The notes beneath the pieces are model-generated. The model searched no databases, was not told the origin of the DNA, and saw only the letters and a list, made by a program, of their open reading frames with translations. 64,000 bases of DNA from Ascidiella aspersa. Its lineage: Eukaryota. The stretch covers positions 26,164,001-26,228,000 of the forward strand of contig OZ004614.1 of the NCBI GenBank assembly GCA_963924565.1, in the 5' to 3' direction. Positions 1 to 15,600 of the stretch are shown piece by piece (the stretch's first letter is position 1; every line of letters starts with the position of its first letter). A program made the translations under genes and the position numbers.

Positions 1-3000
1 ATTTTATCCCGCTAGTGCAGACATCCTTGCGGATTGCGTATTATTGTGTGAGATGATTGATGCGACATCCCGAGCAAGCTTCTGTGAATTTCTTATCGCG
101 CATCTACGATTCCCGCGGCGCCCGCCAAATCCATTATGACCACACAATGTCCTGACAATGGATAAAATGTGGCGTCAACAATGGGATATTTTCCATTAAA
201 TTTCGCTTATCTACTTCTCACAGAACGTGTGCATTTGCAGCCAATTCACGTTGTAGACACAGCATTGAATGATAACACAGCCTAATGTTGTCTCCAAAGT
301 AGTGGCGCTGTTCATTGATCTTAACTATTTGTCAGAACATTAGAACGCCAATCCTCGTTATTCAAAATTGAACCAAATAAATAACAAGCAACTTTAAGCT
401 ATTTTCAACCCACCCTTGTGATTTTTCAACTCCTTTAAGGCTAGGAGTCATTTTTTTATTGATTTAACGACAATAAGGTGGTATTCTTGAGGAATACCTT
501 TTGTGTGTCGCCATTTACAACGAGTGACAAACGGTTTTTCGGAGCAACACGTTGGCAATAACTCTATAGTGAACACTGGGAAGAACAACTAGGAGAAATT
601 TATCACGTTTCAACACCGCACATTGGAAGTGCTTCACAAATACGATGTAAAATGCTTCCCTAAGCCACCAGCCCTCGTATAAAGCCATTGCTCTCAACTC
701 TTTGTTGATATGACCGGAAAGTTTTACCGCAGTTGCTTATGAACACAGAGATTGAAAGCTGATCAAACAATAACTTTACGTTGGAGCAAATGGCTGGAGG
801 TTGTAGTAAAAATACCAAATTACGTACAGGAATAGGCAGCATTTTGAACGTTTCGAATAAATCTTGTTTGTTAAAAATAAATAAAAATATTTTCGAAAGG
901 TCAAAATAATACCTACCTCTGTATGAGCTTTGATATTCTAATATCTTTACGGTTTGTGAAAATCTCAATGTGTCTGGACATTCGGCGTCATTATGTAAGC
1001 ATAAAAACTTTTTAGCAGCGTTTTTAATTAAAATCTTGTAATGTATAAAGATTTTACTGCCCTATTGAAATAGTGCAGTCGCTATAGCTTTAATTCACAA
1101 GGGTGAACTCCACACGACTCTTAGGTAGCAACGCCCAGCTTATTCTTGTCTGTGCTTCGATTATGATTGACCTTCACAAAATGGTTGTGATGACCTTAAC
1201 ACAATGAAACTTAAATTAAACGGGCTTCTTTAGACAAAGGAGGCATTTTGCAAAACTATCAATACAAAGGACTTTCATGCCAGCCTAACTTCTGTGATTC
1301 TTCGCTGTTTAAATCACAAAAGTTTGAACTGTTATTAAACCCCATCACGAATTGCCAGAAACAACATCCATTGTTCAGCCGTTCTTAACGAGTCCACGTC
1401 AACAATTAACGTTTTTTACGTCACAATCCCAGGAAACCCATCACTCAGCGCTGTCGTCCGGTGTTTGACCAAGTGACACATGCTTAGCATAAGTTTGCCG
1501 GGCATGACTACACGTGATAAATGATCACATGGAACGTCACATGTATTTTGCTAAAAGGACATGTCACTGGTCGTAACAGGTGAAATACAGTTTATGAATC
1601 AATAACATCTGTATAAAGTGGAGGTTTTAATCGGCGTCTTTCCCAATAGTTTCTGATTATTAACGACTCTTGCAAAGATATTAAAATTTAGTAAACAAAA
1701 ATATATATTATTTGTTAAAAAAAATATGAAAAACGGTAATAAAAATTATATTGTAGTAAATTTATTAAAAAATATTTTAAAATATGGTGACACATTCATT
1801 GGACGATAACATGGGGCACACAATACCCAACAGATGATACAATAATACATCGAATTTCTTGCAGAAATGCAACACGAATTTACTTTAACACAGACATTTT
1901 TTTTTAATTTATTCTATCTACTGTTTTCTTACAACAACAAAAAGTATTTGAGATGAATCTTAATAAAAAGAGGAATACTGGCACAAAGTTTGCTCCCCTC
2001 TGCTGTAGAACCCTAATGCATTGGTTGGTTGCAAGCAGCTGTCGTGTCGCGGCATGCAAAGCGTCGGGGTCACCAATTAAGCATTACACCACATAAGTGA
2101 CATAATTGCCTTATCGCATTCCGGACACCGCGCCACGCAAGATCCAGACGTGCTTTGTGACGTAACACACGCGAACGCTCGATCACGCATTCCAATCTAT
2201 TATGACGAAAAGCTTGTAAGCTCATCTAGGGTTCTCATAAAATCTTAAAAGGTCTTTGAATTGATTTAGTTATTTAAAAGTTCTTTTAAAGTTTCCAAAT
2301 AATCTTTGGATGTATTTTATGTTTAGCTTAATAATTGTGTTTACAAAGTTCCGTAGTGAAACAAACTTTTAAGCAGTTTGTTCTTCCGCTGAGCATGGAA
2401 TTTCTACTGTGTTGTTTTGCAATCACATTCAGCGTCGAGTGATCAAATATCACGTCTTTGACACCTATGACATTTCTTTCAAACATATTTGGAAAAGATT
2501 TTCCAATCATGTTAAGAAAGAATAGAGGTATATTCGGATGTTTACAAAATGCTGCCTGTTTTTGTATGAGATTTGATATTCATTCTTCGTCTAACTAAAA
2601 CCTCCAGCTATTATGCAATATTTTGTCTTTGAAAAAAGATCAAGTTTCCCAATAATCTTTGAATGTCTTTGAATTTATTTCATCAATACGTTTGGTAACC
2701 CTTTGTATTGTTGCATCGGGAAAGCACATCAGCTCTGGGAGATACTTCGCCTGAAACCTTATACTTCTCTTCATACTTGCGGAATTTTATTTACCACCGC
2801 TTTCCCTTGTATCCCTTCCAACCTTTCATCTCTCGGTTTCGTTGGTGTAAGGTTTCTATGGGTCCATTCAGTAGTGACGTCATCACATGAAACCTTAATC
2901 CCTGGGAAGTTTGCTGCCAGGTTGTCGGGACGCGAAAGTGGCGCCGATATGTTTGATCGGGACACGCCCGATATTTCACACGATGTGCTGCTTTGTGGGC

Positions 3001-4922
3001 GGGAAAGGGGCGGGGCTTGTCGGTGGCGTAAAAATACAAAAAAAGGATTTTAAATTTAAATTTAATCTCCATCTCGTGGAATAACTTACCTAAACTTTTC
3101 CATGCATTGTAAAAGTCACATTTTTACCAAATCGCTTGCTGTTAAATTAGGGTCTTTTTTTAAACTTGAATTTAAAAATAAAAGCTTTGTTTGGCGCCAT
3201 CTTTATTATAATATTATATCAGTTTGCGTCCAAGATATATTCCAGCCTTGGGCTAAACCTTACGCCAAATTTAATTTCCCGTCACATGACATTTTCATTT
3301 GCAACCGGAAGTGACGAAACAGCTTCCGACCGCTGTGGCATTATGACGACATCCGCTTGGAATAGTTGTGGCGTCACAATAAGCTGCCATTGTGGCGCAA
3401 TCCACCGACGCCCATCATAAACTCTTAACGACTTTTGCTCCGAAAACACATTTTAAGGACAGGGACCTGGCGTGGCGTGGGCGTGTCGCTGCAAGAGAAT
3501 AAGATCTTTATGTTTGAACTTAATTAATCAACTTTTGGGTAGATTATTATTATTAGGGCACGTTTCACTCTTTTAGCTTGATCAATAGAGGGCGACCATA
3601 GCAATCGTAATTTATATTTTTTTTTTCATTTTGGCAATTTTTTCGCATATGTTTTTTGTACAAATACTGATCACTTGTTTGTCGTTCTATTTGCTTTATG
3701 TCGACAAACATTATTCGAGAGTTTTTATGTTGACGTAGTAATCTGTTTGTTTAATGCGTCACAATGACACGATTGTTGACTCACAGAACTTCGCAAATAA
3801 TGGCATTGTCAAACGCTACACGTTTTCAGATGTTTTGCAAACTCTATATTAAAGTTCTCGTTGGTAATAGGAAAAAATCTTTTGAAAAACTATTTTAGAG
3901 ATTGCGGCAAAGTCTTCGAAAATCTTAAAATTTCAATTTTGTTTCAAAAAGGTTAACCATGGCATTTGTACGTTTTTTTCTAGGATCCAATTTTAAGTTT
4001 TGTAAAAATAAATAATAAATTGTCTTAAATTTTAAATGCCTTTTAATTTTTTTTGTAAAAATTATTTTATTACAAACCCTGTAATTGCTGTTTTTCTTTT
4101 TAAAATTCCATTAAATAGTTTCTTTTTGCGCTAAACGAACATTTCAAATGATTTTGTGAAAATATTTTGCCTTTTAATTAAGTTAAACGTAAAAAGTAGT
4201 AAAAGCACAAACCCACATTCAACCTTATGCCGCGAAACGATCTTATTCCAGAAATAAATTTAATCATCCTACGAATCACGTGGAATCCACCCAAGTTTAT
4301 TAGAAACGAACAATAGTGAATCAATAGTTGCTTTTATTGCCCACACAAAAACATCTGGCGAAGCAGCAACCAACATTTACGATCCTGACAACAACCTTCT
4401 GTCCACCGTGGCTTTATTGCTACTTTACAACTCCATACTTTCGCCAGTATTGGGTCTAATAATAGCTGGCATACTTACTACCAGCGTTTGAACGAAATTG
4501 CGCGTAATCTCGCCGCCTGGTGTTTAATACCTAATATAACTGGAACTTAATATTGCTGATCTGCGCCCAATTAACTCGGTTTAATGAACTCTATGTTCGT
4601 CCATACATTTGTTAACGTATTTGTTTACAGAAAAAAATTATTTCAAGTTTAACTGAAGGAAATTCAACGATTATTTTCCCATAGATTTTTAAACTAAACT
4701 TGCATTTGCAATATTTTTTTAGGTTAGCCTTCCATTTTCTATACTTTTAAACTCAAATTATTATTATCATTTCTAGTCATAAATTCTTAAACTTCTGATA
4801 ACAAAATTCAGATCAAACTTACAAAAAGAATAAATAAATAAAAATAATTAAGAAAAATAAAAATAAAAATAAAAACTACTTTTTGCTCCATTTTATATTA
4901 GCTAATGTGTTGTCGTTTACAG

Positions 4923-6157
4923 CAATATCCCTCTTCCACAACGTGAACCTCTTGTACGGAACGGTGTCGGAGTTCTGCACAGCCGAGTCATGTCCGCTCA
5001 TGCAAGGACCTTGCCAAACGTAAGTCTATAACACAAGTTACTACTTCTGCGATATATATAAGTTAATATCAAGTTGACCGTTAGTTTATATGTTTTATTT
5101 TAGAAACTCTTAAGCTAATTTTGGTGCAACTAAAAATGTCTTGCCAATAAAATATTCTAATTTTCTCGTATACTTTGAAAATTGCCTTTTCGGATAATAT
5201 GTATTATAATAGATATTATTTAGGTCTGAATGGCTTTAGCAAACACTAACATTTGACCATTAATAAGCCGTGTACTTAAATAGTTATTCCGAAGAGTAAA
5301 TGAGGTTGGTGCCCAAACTGATTGATTTCAAGCAATGAAATTTTTCAAAAACATCAAATTATGTGGTACCTTTCTTTATCAAGATGATGTCGATTTACTT
5401 GACCTATTTGGCTTTGACTTTCATTAAGCATTAGTAATCCAAGTAATTTCCAACCAACTTATTCACTTGTGCAGACAATACACGTGGATCGAGGAACGAG
5501 GGAAGAAGCTCAAGTGCACAGCTCCCCAGTACATCGATTATGTGATGACTTACTGCCAGAAGCGGGTCAGCAACCAGGACCTATTCCCCACTAAATACGG
5601 TGAGAAGCTAGTAAAAACTTTGTGTTCATGTATATTGTACTTTTACTTCTATATAGGCTCTAATATTCATTCTATGTCCAACTACAACCTCAAGCAATAT
5701 GCTTCAAAAAGTATTATAACATGCAAAAACTCATTCCATTCCATTTCCAGCGCAAACCTTCACTGAGAGCTTCTACTCTGAGATCCGCAAGATGCTCCGC
5801 TTCTTCTTCCACGTGATCTCGCACCTCTACTACGCTCACTTCGCCCGATTACGCCAACTCGAACTTCACACTTACCTTAACCTGGTCTTCAAGCACTTCA
5901 CTCTATTCGTGCGCGAGTTTGACCTCGTGGACCGCAAGGAAACAGCGAGCCTCGACGACCTGGTCGACGTCATGCTTGACGTCACAAACACGCCTGCCGA
6001 CAACGCGCTGCTGACGTCATCAGCAGTGACGTCATCGCCTGCCAGCCCGAGCGGCCCGCAGTTCCAGCAGCAGAACAACTTCCAACAGTTGGTGAGCGCT
6101 GGTCGAGGTAATGGAGCCGCTTCGCTGAGATTTTCGTCGCTCCAGGATTGCGGTTGA
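4923..6157 (+). CDS. MOB2: MOB kinase activator 2 (MOB2-like), last three coding exons: 4923-5019, 5475-5599, 5751-6157. 5' exons not found in the window.
   Basis: Spliced GT-AG exons read ISLFHNVNLLYGTVSEFCTAESCPLM..TQYTWIEERGKKLKCTAPQYIDYVM..LFPTKY..IRKMLRFFFHVISHLYYAHF..HFTLFVREFDLVDRKET, matching the MOB2 core. Exon phases are consistent. Confidence 0.9.
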
Positions 6158-8052
6158 TCGTGGATCCCGAGCCGGGACTCGAACCCCCGACCCTCGGAAC
6201 AATGGCGCAGCGCTCCCCGGCCAGGAGAGAGGAGAGGGGAGCGTCCGCGCATGCGCAGTCTTGCCACACAACCCCGGATATTCTGCCGCTGTTCTTTCTC
6301 GCTACCGTGGTGCTACGGATCGGCGCGGAAAAGTCTCTCGTTTATTTTTATCCTTATTATTTCTCTTTATTTTTTAATTATTATGAATATTTTCGGAACC
6401 GGGAGATTGTGACAGTAAGTGTTTATCAATTTTAAAAAATCATATTTGGAAAAACCTTTCCTTTCGAACAAAAGCAACACAAACCGGTTGTAATTTGAAA
6501 AACACCAGCTGTCTATTTTCCCGGTTTCGCTGTAACGACTTAGGTTCGCCCAGAGCCCACAATTGTCTGTAGCTTTAGATTTTTACTGGATTCGTTTGTT
6601 TTAGCTTTTCCCGCAAAGGGGTTTCCCCCGATTTGCCGAGGTCAGTCAAGCGTGAAGTGAGCGTGTGGCGCCCCTAGTGGCGACAGCGGCGATTTATTTT
6701 TTATTGAAAGGGATTTGCGTTGAATTTGTTCTTCGTGAAAATGACCTGATGTTGGTTGAAGGTCGATTAACTTTCGTTCTTCAATCAAGAACGCATTAAA
6801 TAAATGAATTTTTGCGAATTTAAATGCATTTTTTCTATTTATTTAACAAAAAGCGATTTTACAAAATGTTAATCAAATCTACTTTTCCATAAAATTTTAA
6901 CCAATTGCTTAAGTCGCTTACTGGCGCCACCACGCGGAATAAACTATGCAAAAGCCGGGTACGTTTCGGGGGAATCCCCGATTAAGTAGTGACGTCATTA
7001 GTTGAGAGACAGCGCTGAGAAAGGGACTTTCCCTGCGATGATGCGCTGAAATATGTGTTTGTGTTCAACTTGCTTCACTGTATGAACTTCCCGGTGACCT
7101 GGAGTGAACCCGAACGATTAGAGGTTACTCTTGGTCAAAGGCTGGCAATTGGAATAACGATGTGCGTTTATTTATTGGGTCGCTTATGTTACTGGTCCGT
7201 GGCGAAAGTAAAGGTTTGATGCAAATGTTAATCAACCTAGCTTCTCTGCAAGAGTAAATACACATTACTGTAAATCACAAACATTTCGAAGCTTCGAGTA
7301 ACAAAGTTGTCGTCCAACTTGCAATTTGTTCAAACTGAGGCTTTCTGGCGCCAAACCGACTTTTTACGTTGTTTTTACGCCCGCTTGTTTTACTTTGCTC
7401 GCGAAAGCACCGGAACCTTCCTCGCGGCAAGATTTCTATGAAGCGAAGCTCGTGTGCAATTCTGTAATTCCCGCTTCCGCAAAAAATCGCCGCCGACACT
7501 CTTGTCTCTAGCGCGGGAATTCCCCTCTTCAAAGCCCGGCCAGCGGTGATTCCCCTCCCGAGGTACCTTGTTCCGTCCAACTTGACCTTGAACCTTGCAC
7601 TTTCAAGCAGCGCAATAGAGTGGCCAGCTAGTCACATGGCACCTGTCTTTTCTGAAGTTGTTTATTTAATTATTATTAATATTATTATTATTGTTTTGGA
7701 ACGCGCGGCGTCCATTGTTGTCTTATTTGTTTCGATCCTTTATTATCTTTTCTCTTTATCTTTTCACGCCAAGTAATACTAATAATAAAAAGTGTACTGT
7801 CTTATCAGCCAAAGTAGTCTGTGCTTGAAGGCAAAGTGGTTTATAGTGTTAAGCTCAAGGTTGAATAGAAGCAACCGAACATACACAAGATTGTTTGGTT
7901 TCTGCACAATTCCTGGCGATTCGAGTTGGACCCTTCGGTGCTAGTTGCAACTTTAACCGGGAAATTAGGATTTTGCACAGAGCATAACATTTGTTAAAGC
8001 ATCGAATTATTCCGACAAATACTATTTAAATTGTGGAGCGTAATGGCTAGAG

Positions 8053-8461
8053 CAGTGGTCGGCAAACTTTTTGTCGCGGCCCAAAGTACCCTTTTCAGAG
8101 CTATTGAAGGCCCACTACGAAAAAGTAGCGGATTGAGGTTATTTGATTTTAAGGTAAAATATAACATGGCGTCTTGGTGCCGAAAACATTGACATATCAT
8201 AATGTAAAACATACCATAAAACAAAGAATATAAAAAAAATTCAATTACATACAGTTTAAGTTGGCAAAAACTATAGTTCGACAGGCTTTAGGACCACATT
8301 TGGCACGTTGGCCTTTCCAAGCTGAGCAAATTTAAAAAATTATATGACACACCAATTTTTAAAATAAAGTTCAATAAACGCACGGCCATCACGCGGCCCA
8401 CAACTACTTCATGAAACTAAGCTATTCAAAAGTAACTCGCGGACCACTAAAAGTGGCTGCC
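8053..8461. mobile_element. hAT-type MITE with an eroded right end
   Basis: Starts cagtggtcggcaaac and is flanked by the identical 8-bp duplication ggctagag (8045-52 and 8462-69). Confidence 0.65.
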
Positions 8462-9678
8462 GGCTAGAGCAACCTTTCTTAACCTGCAGTAAATTTCCTC
8501 GTTTCAGGGGTTAAATAAGCTATCAATCAAAATATCCACATCAGTTAAGGGGGCAGACAAACATGTGCCGGTTGTAGACATTGGTATCCCACTTTCGGAG
8601 TTCAGATTAACTGCTAATTCGAAATTAGCCTACAGCAGCCTATTGATTCTTTATCGTCTACCAGTGTGTTGTTATGCTTCTCTAATTGGTACTTTTTAGT
8701 TTATGGCAACATCATTGTTTTTAGTTACTGCACTGTTGCGTCATTTGCATGCTCTCTCGTATTTTCGACCTGAGAGAAAAAGTTGGATTGTTTTTAGTTG
8801 CAAAACAAAAAAGTTAGGTATTTGTGATGTTACGTGTTTATCAACACTTAAACAGTGAAGTAGGATTTTCTATATTCGCTTACCCTGCTGATATATTTAA
8901 AGCATTAAATCAACAAAATATTACATATTTTTAGAGAGACAAGCACTGCTATCGATAAAGAATGATAGAGGGCATAGAAATGATTTTCCAAAGCAGTCAT
9001 TCTATTGAAAAGTTAATTTATATAAAAGTAGTTGGTAAAAAAACTAGAGGTAAATAAACTTCTTAACGCCAAGCAAAGCGTAGCTTAAACACCTAAAAAT
9101 ACCTTTTCATCAACTTTGCTTGTTTGAGGATGGTAATGACGTCATTTGATATCAGATCGCAATACTTTTGTCCAAAATATCGGAATAAAATGTCAAATAT
9201 CCTGCTTTATTCGATCAAAGATTTCGTACCACCACTTTATTAACGCAACTTATTGCAACGTTGAACGCATCGCAACTAACCAATAATAAATATCAATGAA
9301 ATAAAAGCAAGGTAAGGGTAAAGTTCAAACCAAATGCAACGAGCTCAAATGTTAAATCGCAAAAAGAAACACATTTTGTTGTCTTTCATATATTTAAATC
9401 GAGTTTAAAAACATTGAATAGAAATAAGCAACTAAAGAGAAAAATACTAGTTTTATTAATAAGTTTGCAAAGAACTTATTAATCTGTGTTTTTTGCGTTT
9501 TTAAAAGGTCAATAAAGGCTTGCTGGCAATAATACGTGCAACATGTAAGGCGGTAAAATTCTTCGAACTTTTAAATAAAAAAGAGGCAGAAATTTTGCTG
9601 ATTTGAGTTGTACCACAAAGTTTGGTTGCAGATGAATAAAGAAGATGTTTAGGAAGGAGTTGGCCAGCTGGCGAGCCG

Positions 9679-12600
9679 CTATCTCTTCATTCGCAGCTTA
9701 TTTATACTCTTAAGTGTTTTCGCCATCATTGGGGCGATTCGGGGAGCTGGAAAAATGTATATTTTGAATTAATCGTCTGGTTGGATTGCCTGATGGAAGC
9801 TAACGGTGTAATACGTTGATATGTAAACTTACAAGTCATTGTCTTTTTCGAGGTTTTCTGAAACATTTAATCAGTACAATCACCCTTTTACAACCCATAG
9901 TTGTTAGTCGTCAATAGTCGGCGTGGTTTAAAACTGGCCGATTTATTAATACAGGAAGAAGCAGTTGATCACTCAAGAGTTCTAGCTATGAGGTCACAGG
10001 TCACTTATTAATAACATTTCATTTTGGTTTTGTCGTCCAAGATTGTGATATTAGAGTTGTGAATCAGGTTGCCACAAAATTATGCGAAAAAATATTAATT
10101 TTATGAAAAACTTAAAGACTTTTCAGATAAAAGTTGCAGGCTAAAGACCTAAAATTGGGATGCTCTTAGAGCTAAGTTATTTTTGATATAATTCGAAAAC
10201 AAAACAAAAATGTCACGTTTAATATAAAATAAATAGTTCGCTTTCCCAACAGCACTTTCTAAATACATACCTTAAGCTGGGCATAACATAAATTAAACAA
10301 ACAAAGGGTTTTCAAGACTTTTCAATACGTAAATGAATTGAAAGGCACCCCAAGAATTTATGGCGCCCCAATGATTTACTCACGCGCTTTCTTGCTTGGC
10401 GTCCTCGATGAACTGTGTCCATCCACGCTCGCAGCCGTTATGCTTCCTACAGGGACAGAAAGTCGCATCTCGGTAGTTCGTTGGCGCAAGGACGAAGCGG
10501 TTGGTGCTGCTGTGAACACAATGCTCGTTAGAATACACGAACAACATCATACATGTTAAAAAGATTGTCAGCTTCAAGAAAACAAAAGTCCTTGGCAAAA
10601 CATATTCATGCAACCTGTGAAAAGGTTTTCCGTAAAATATTGGATTCAAATTTGTAGATGATTTATGGTACAATTTTAATTGAAAAATAGTTTAAAAATT
10701 ATAACCGTCAAGACAGTGTAATGTGGTAGAAGTAATATAACACGGTGATTAATAGACATAAACCCAGGTTATGCTACTTGCGTTTAACATTGGAACCCTG
10801 CACGCTTTAGATATTATTGAATAACACAGTTGCTTACCGCTAGCCGACGGAGTGTCGTTGTACTTCTTGCCAGCTGTTCCGTACTTCATCTGCGCGCGAA
10901 GCACATTCCGGGGGGCTTTGGCCTCCCCTATTCCAACGTAGGCCAGCTTCGTTCGCTTTGCTGGTGAAAAAAAAATGGTTACACTATGCACGAATCTGTA
11001 ATGTTGCTGTAACACTAACTGATGATGATACAAGTTCGTATCGAAACGTCTTAATCAAGATGATGTTTAAATCAAGATGATGTTAAATTTGAAGGTCGGG
11101 CTATTTGATAACCATGTTGCAATTACTAATCAGTATTGTTCAATGCGTTTTTATGAGTCGAAGCGATCTATTGAACTTCTCAAACATCCACAAAATATAG
11201 GTGTCTTCTGTCTACAGCTGAGAATTAACAGTTTGTGATAGAGTCGAGGTCTCTTGGTTGTAATGACTTGTACACCTATAGTTTACTGTTTTTCGAATAG
11301 CGCAAATTAATCCTTGAGAGATCTTGATGTTAAAAATGCATAAAGAGTTATTCGAAACGTTCAAAATGCTACCTACTTCTGTATGGGCTTTGATATTCAT
11401 TCTACGACTACAACCTCCATTCATTATGCTCCTGGTGTTTTGTGTTTTTAGTTGATTTTCTTACCCAGGGGTTTTGACTTGACAACTTTTGCTTGGATTG
11501 ATTGCGTGAGCCGAGCCAACTTTTCCTCACGGGCGTCGTGGAGTCTCTGAACATAATGTTCAACAATTAACTGTGTGTCCTATACTTGTTGCTTTATTCC
11601 GATAACCGACGTCTTGGGTAAAATGTACGACCGATCAAACCCGCTTCAAAATTAAGTTATTTAATAAACATTGGAGGTCGTGAGTTCGAACCTTACCGCA
11701 GGTGAGTTGTTCTACTAGCCTGACTTGCTTGTATTATTAAGCGACGGATTCGGTGAGTCTGCGATGGCTGATGCATTATAAAACACAGTTGGCAAAATTT
11801 AGAAATAAAAAATATATTTGTTTGACTAAAACAAAAATATCTTTGTAAAAAAGTTGAGTTACTCTTTAGTTTATTGTTCTGAAAAATTGATTCAGTTAAA
11901 ATCGCACAGATAAAATACTTAAGTAATTTGATATCGGACCAGCACAGATACCACCCAAGTATCGGACGAGTATCGATACCAGGTTGGTATCGTGTATCGG
12001 CTTCGATCCGACATTATCGAACATCCCTATTAAAAAGTCGACCACAGGTTATAATCACCAGGTACAGCTCCCTCCATGATTCCATCTCGTCCGGTCGCTT
12101 TCCGCGGAAATCTTGGTTGGTTAGCTTCTGCCAAAGCTCGTCTGTATCATCCAACAAGTACTGAATAAAAAGTAAAAAATACCATCGGGTTTTACACTTT
12201 TTGGCAAATCCAACAAACTATTAAGCCATCCAGCTATGAAAATGAAAGAAAATTACAAAATCGAAAAAAATCTTTAGTAGAGTGGATTATTTCGCAGATA
12301 AACCTTACTCTGTTGAAAACAGTTGGTTTTGGTGTTCCAGCGGTAATTAGATGCTGGCAGGGGCGGAACCTGGATTTTTGTTTTAAGGGCATGACATTTT
12401 TAGGGATGGCGTCACAAAGTTAAGCCAAAACGTGACGTCATGAAGCACAAGAACGTGATATATTTTTTTGTTACGTTATTTATTTCGTTGAAAAGGCGGA
12501 AAATACTCACGTGCAGAGCAACAATGCTTCTGTATACAGTTTAACTTGCCAAACTTGTAAGACGCACAGCGCCCCCGGGCTACATTAGTTGCATTTACAA

Positions 12601-15600
12601 GTTAAAATATGTGAGAATACAGCTCCCCACACCCTGGATTCGTTTCTGACAGTTGGCTATGAAATATAGTGCGATTTATTTAATGACTACTTAAGCCTTG
12701 ATAACACAAAACAAATATATGTCCAGGGGCAAACTACACCTTACTCAATCACCTAATTATGTTTAGGCGCCTCGATAGGTGTGAGCTTACTAAATAAGTG
12801 ACGATTTTCCCTAGCTTAGCATTTCGCGACTTTATAATTAATGTAGGACTGTGAAATTTATCACCAATTTCCATATGCCTAAAAACATGTTCCTACTACT
12901 CAAGGTTTACAAAGTTAGCTCACTTGGTTCACATCTTCAAGCCTGTAAAGTTGCTCAGCTGTGCATTTTTCAAGCACGGGCTTTATGATGTCATAAGGTA
13001 CTCCGATTGCGTCAAGCTCTGAACAACGTAAGCAGAATTTAATGAACAGGCGAAAAATTAGTAAAAGTCCAAAACAATTGTACTTACTGTCGATGTTATT
13101 CAATAGCACTCTCATGCACTGACTATATAAGGACATCATTTCTGAAAAAATAATTAAGTTAAAAAGGTTATTAGTCAAACAAGTTATACTACAAACTGGT
13201 ACACGTGTACTGTATATGCTTTAAGGATGGGTGACTTTAGACTTGCACTGGCCAACAATAATTCCATATTATTAGAAAGCCAGAGACTTAAAGTTTAAAT
13301 TGTATCGTAAAGCGAAAAAAAACTTTATGTCAATGGCAAATAAACGCATTTAAAACTAGCCTAAAAAACGTAGCAAGGGTTAATACACTGAAACCCATAA
13401 TCATACTTGGCAGTATTGAAGTTTTCTGGCCTGAGTAGATTTGCATTTTCGCCTTGCTTCTCTGTGTGTGCAGCGCAGCAGCCATCTGGTCGGTCATCTG
13501 GTCTAAGGTGGGTCCTTGTGGGTCAGGTGTCGCGTTGTGAGAAGGTAGGGGGCGATATGTCGGCTGTTTGGTAAAAGTTTGGGTTAAGGAAAGCTACGTT
13601 GTTTGTGCATTACTATTTGAAATGCTATGCTTAATATTATACATTATGCTGTCTTAGTGTTTTTCAGCCCCTTTTCGCGTCGACCCAAATACTATAGATG
13701 TGAGATTGTAAGTATAACACCGCATCGGGGCACAAATTATATTCTCTCAACTCATCGTACGCCAAAAGTGAACTAAACACAAATAGGGCATTAGCATAAA
13801 TGAGTTTGAATGTAATTAATAAGAGTCATGTCCAGTGTTTTTTTTAAGGTGTTTTGGGGGACCGAAACGGTCCTCCAAATTTCTCCAGCGGTTTCCCAAA
13901 TTTTGGACTTGCAACTTTCTGGTATTTAAATGAAACACTTGCGGTCTCTTAAAACTACTTACCGGTCACCCAAACCAAACCTTAAAAAAAATCCTGGTCG
14001 TGTCTTTGTATTTTCCTTTCGATTTTTGGTGAAATTTTGCTCACAACTTTCAATAATTTTAAGCATAATGAACTTTCTACGGTGACCCAACCACACGCCA
14101 ACCGATTTTGAGGTGCGGCTTAAAGGTTGAGAAACATTGTACTGTCTAGCTTCGTTATGTTATCTTGTGGTCCAAAAGTCAAATTATGTAAGCTAATAGT
14201 TTAACTTACTTGTACTTGTGGAAGGTGGAGTTCAACTTTTGGTTTGCTTGGAGATGTTCCATTCTAAAAAAGCATTGAAAAATAAGTTTAACAACAGATT
14301 CAGAAAGATAAAAAAACATTTAAAAATAATGCTTTGTGTGAAGATCTCTTGAAAAAAAATATATTGCATTTACAATTTTCTTTTTTGTTAAAAATCCAAC
14401 AAAATACAGAAGAAAGTTCCATTTTTTAGAAAAACTAAGAAGTTTGTAAAAAGTAAACCTTAAAAATAAGGACAAAACTTAAAAATAAGTCTGATATGTC
14501 AGCTCTGGTTGTGATTTAAACAATGCAGATATAGTTACAAGACAGACATTTGTGAAACCGGACTTTAACTTCAGTTTTAAGTGTTCTTACCAACAGCCCA
14601 CTTGTGCTGGCAACATTTGGTATTTTCTTTTTCTTTTTTGCTTTTTTTGAAGTGTCCATTGTCATGAAATCTTCAAACGACATGTTACTCGATGACGCTG
14701 TATAATGCATGAAATAAAATTATATGTTGTTTGAATATGATTCAGAATAAAACGTAATATATATAAGACAGCCTATCATACATTTTTCCTTTTTCGTTTT
14801 TGACTTTTTTGGTTTTGAAGGGATATCGGAATCACTTTTTCTTTTTTTCGAAACTTCTTGCTGTTGGTCAACTGTGGGTCTGCTTTCTTGCTTGTCTAAA
14901 CACACAAGTATATTCTTTTCATATTTACAAAAACGCTTAAAAACCAAAAAATTATTAAAAAAATAAAGTTTATCTAAAAAAGTGTACCAAAACTTTTTTT
15001 AGCGAACCTGGTCTGTACTTTTTCTTTTTATCGATTTGTTGTGAATTAGATTTATGGTTTTTAACTCTAGGCCGGTCGTCAAGTCGTTGAGTTCGGCGGT
15101 TATCTTCCAATTGTGCGTTGTTTTTTGATTTACGACCGTCACCCTTTGTGTAAAGTGTAGTGGATTGTACGGAAGGAGCGTTGTGTCCGTTGTTAATGTC
15201 CTCATCAGAATCATCGCGGTGGGAGTTGTTACTTGGTACGTATCCATCGTCGTAAGCTGGCTCCGGTGAATAGGCCTCAACCTCCTCACTTTTCTAGTTT
15301 TTTAATTTACAGATAATAACAGTCTTTACAATAATTTAAATTAATTTTAGAACAAAGCATGTGTTATTGGAGCCTTTCAAAAACTATCAATAGTCTGATG
15401 TTGAATCTCAAAGCCATTAACCTCAACTTTATAATTGTGATGGCTTCCCATAAACCTTGTTTTTTTTATCAATAACCACTTCAGTGCAATAATTATTACA
15501 ACAATAGAAGGGCTTTTATTTACCTCCTCCATTTTCCAGTTTTGAGTTGGATCATACGCATCACTTTTGTCACTTTCTGGAGAATAGCTCTCTCTCTTTT

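Noticed and set aside
1-4900. Short ORFs in the first 5 kb
   Set aside because: No conserved motifs; probably MOB2 intron with repeats and regulatory patches.
6664-6684. CTCF-like ggcgcccctagtggcg
   Set aside because: One base short of the CTCF core spacing, so unsupported.
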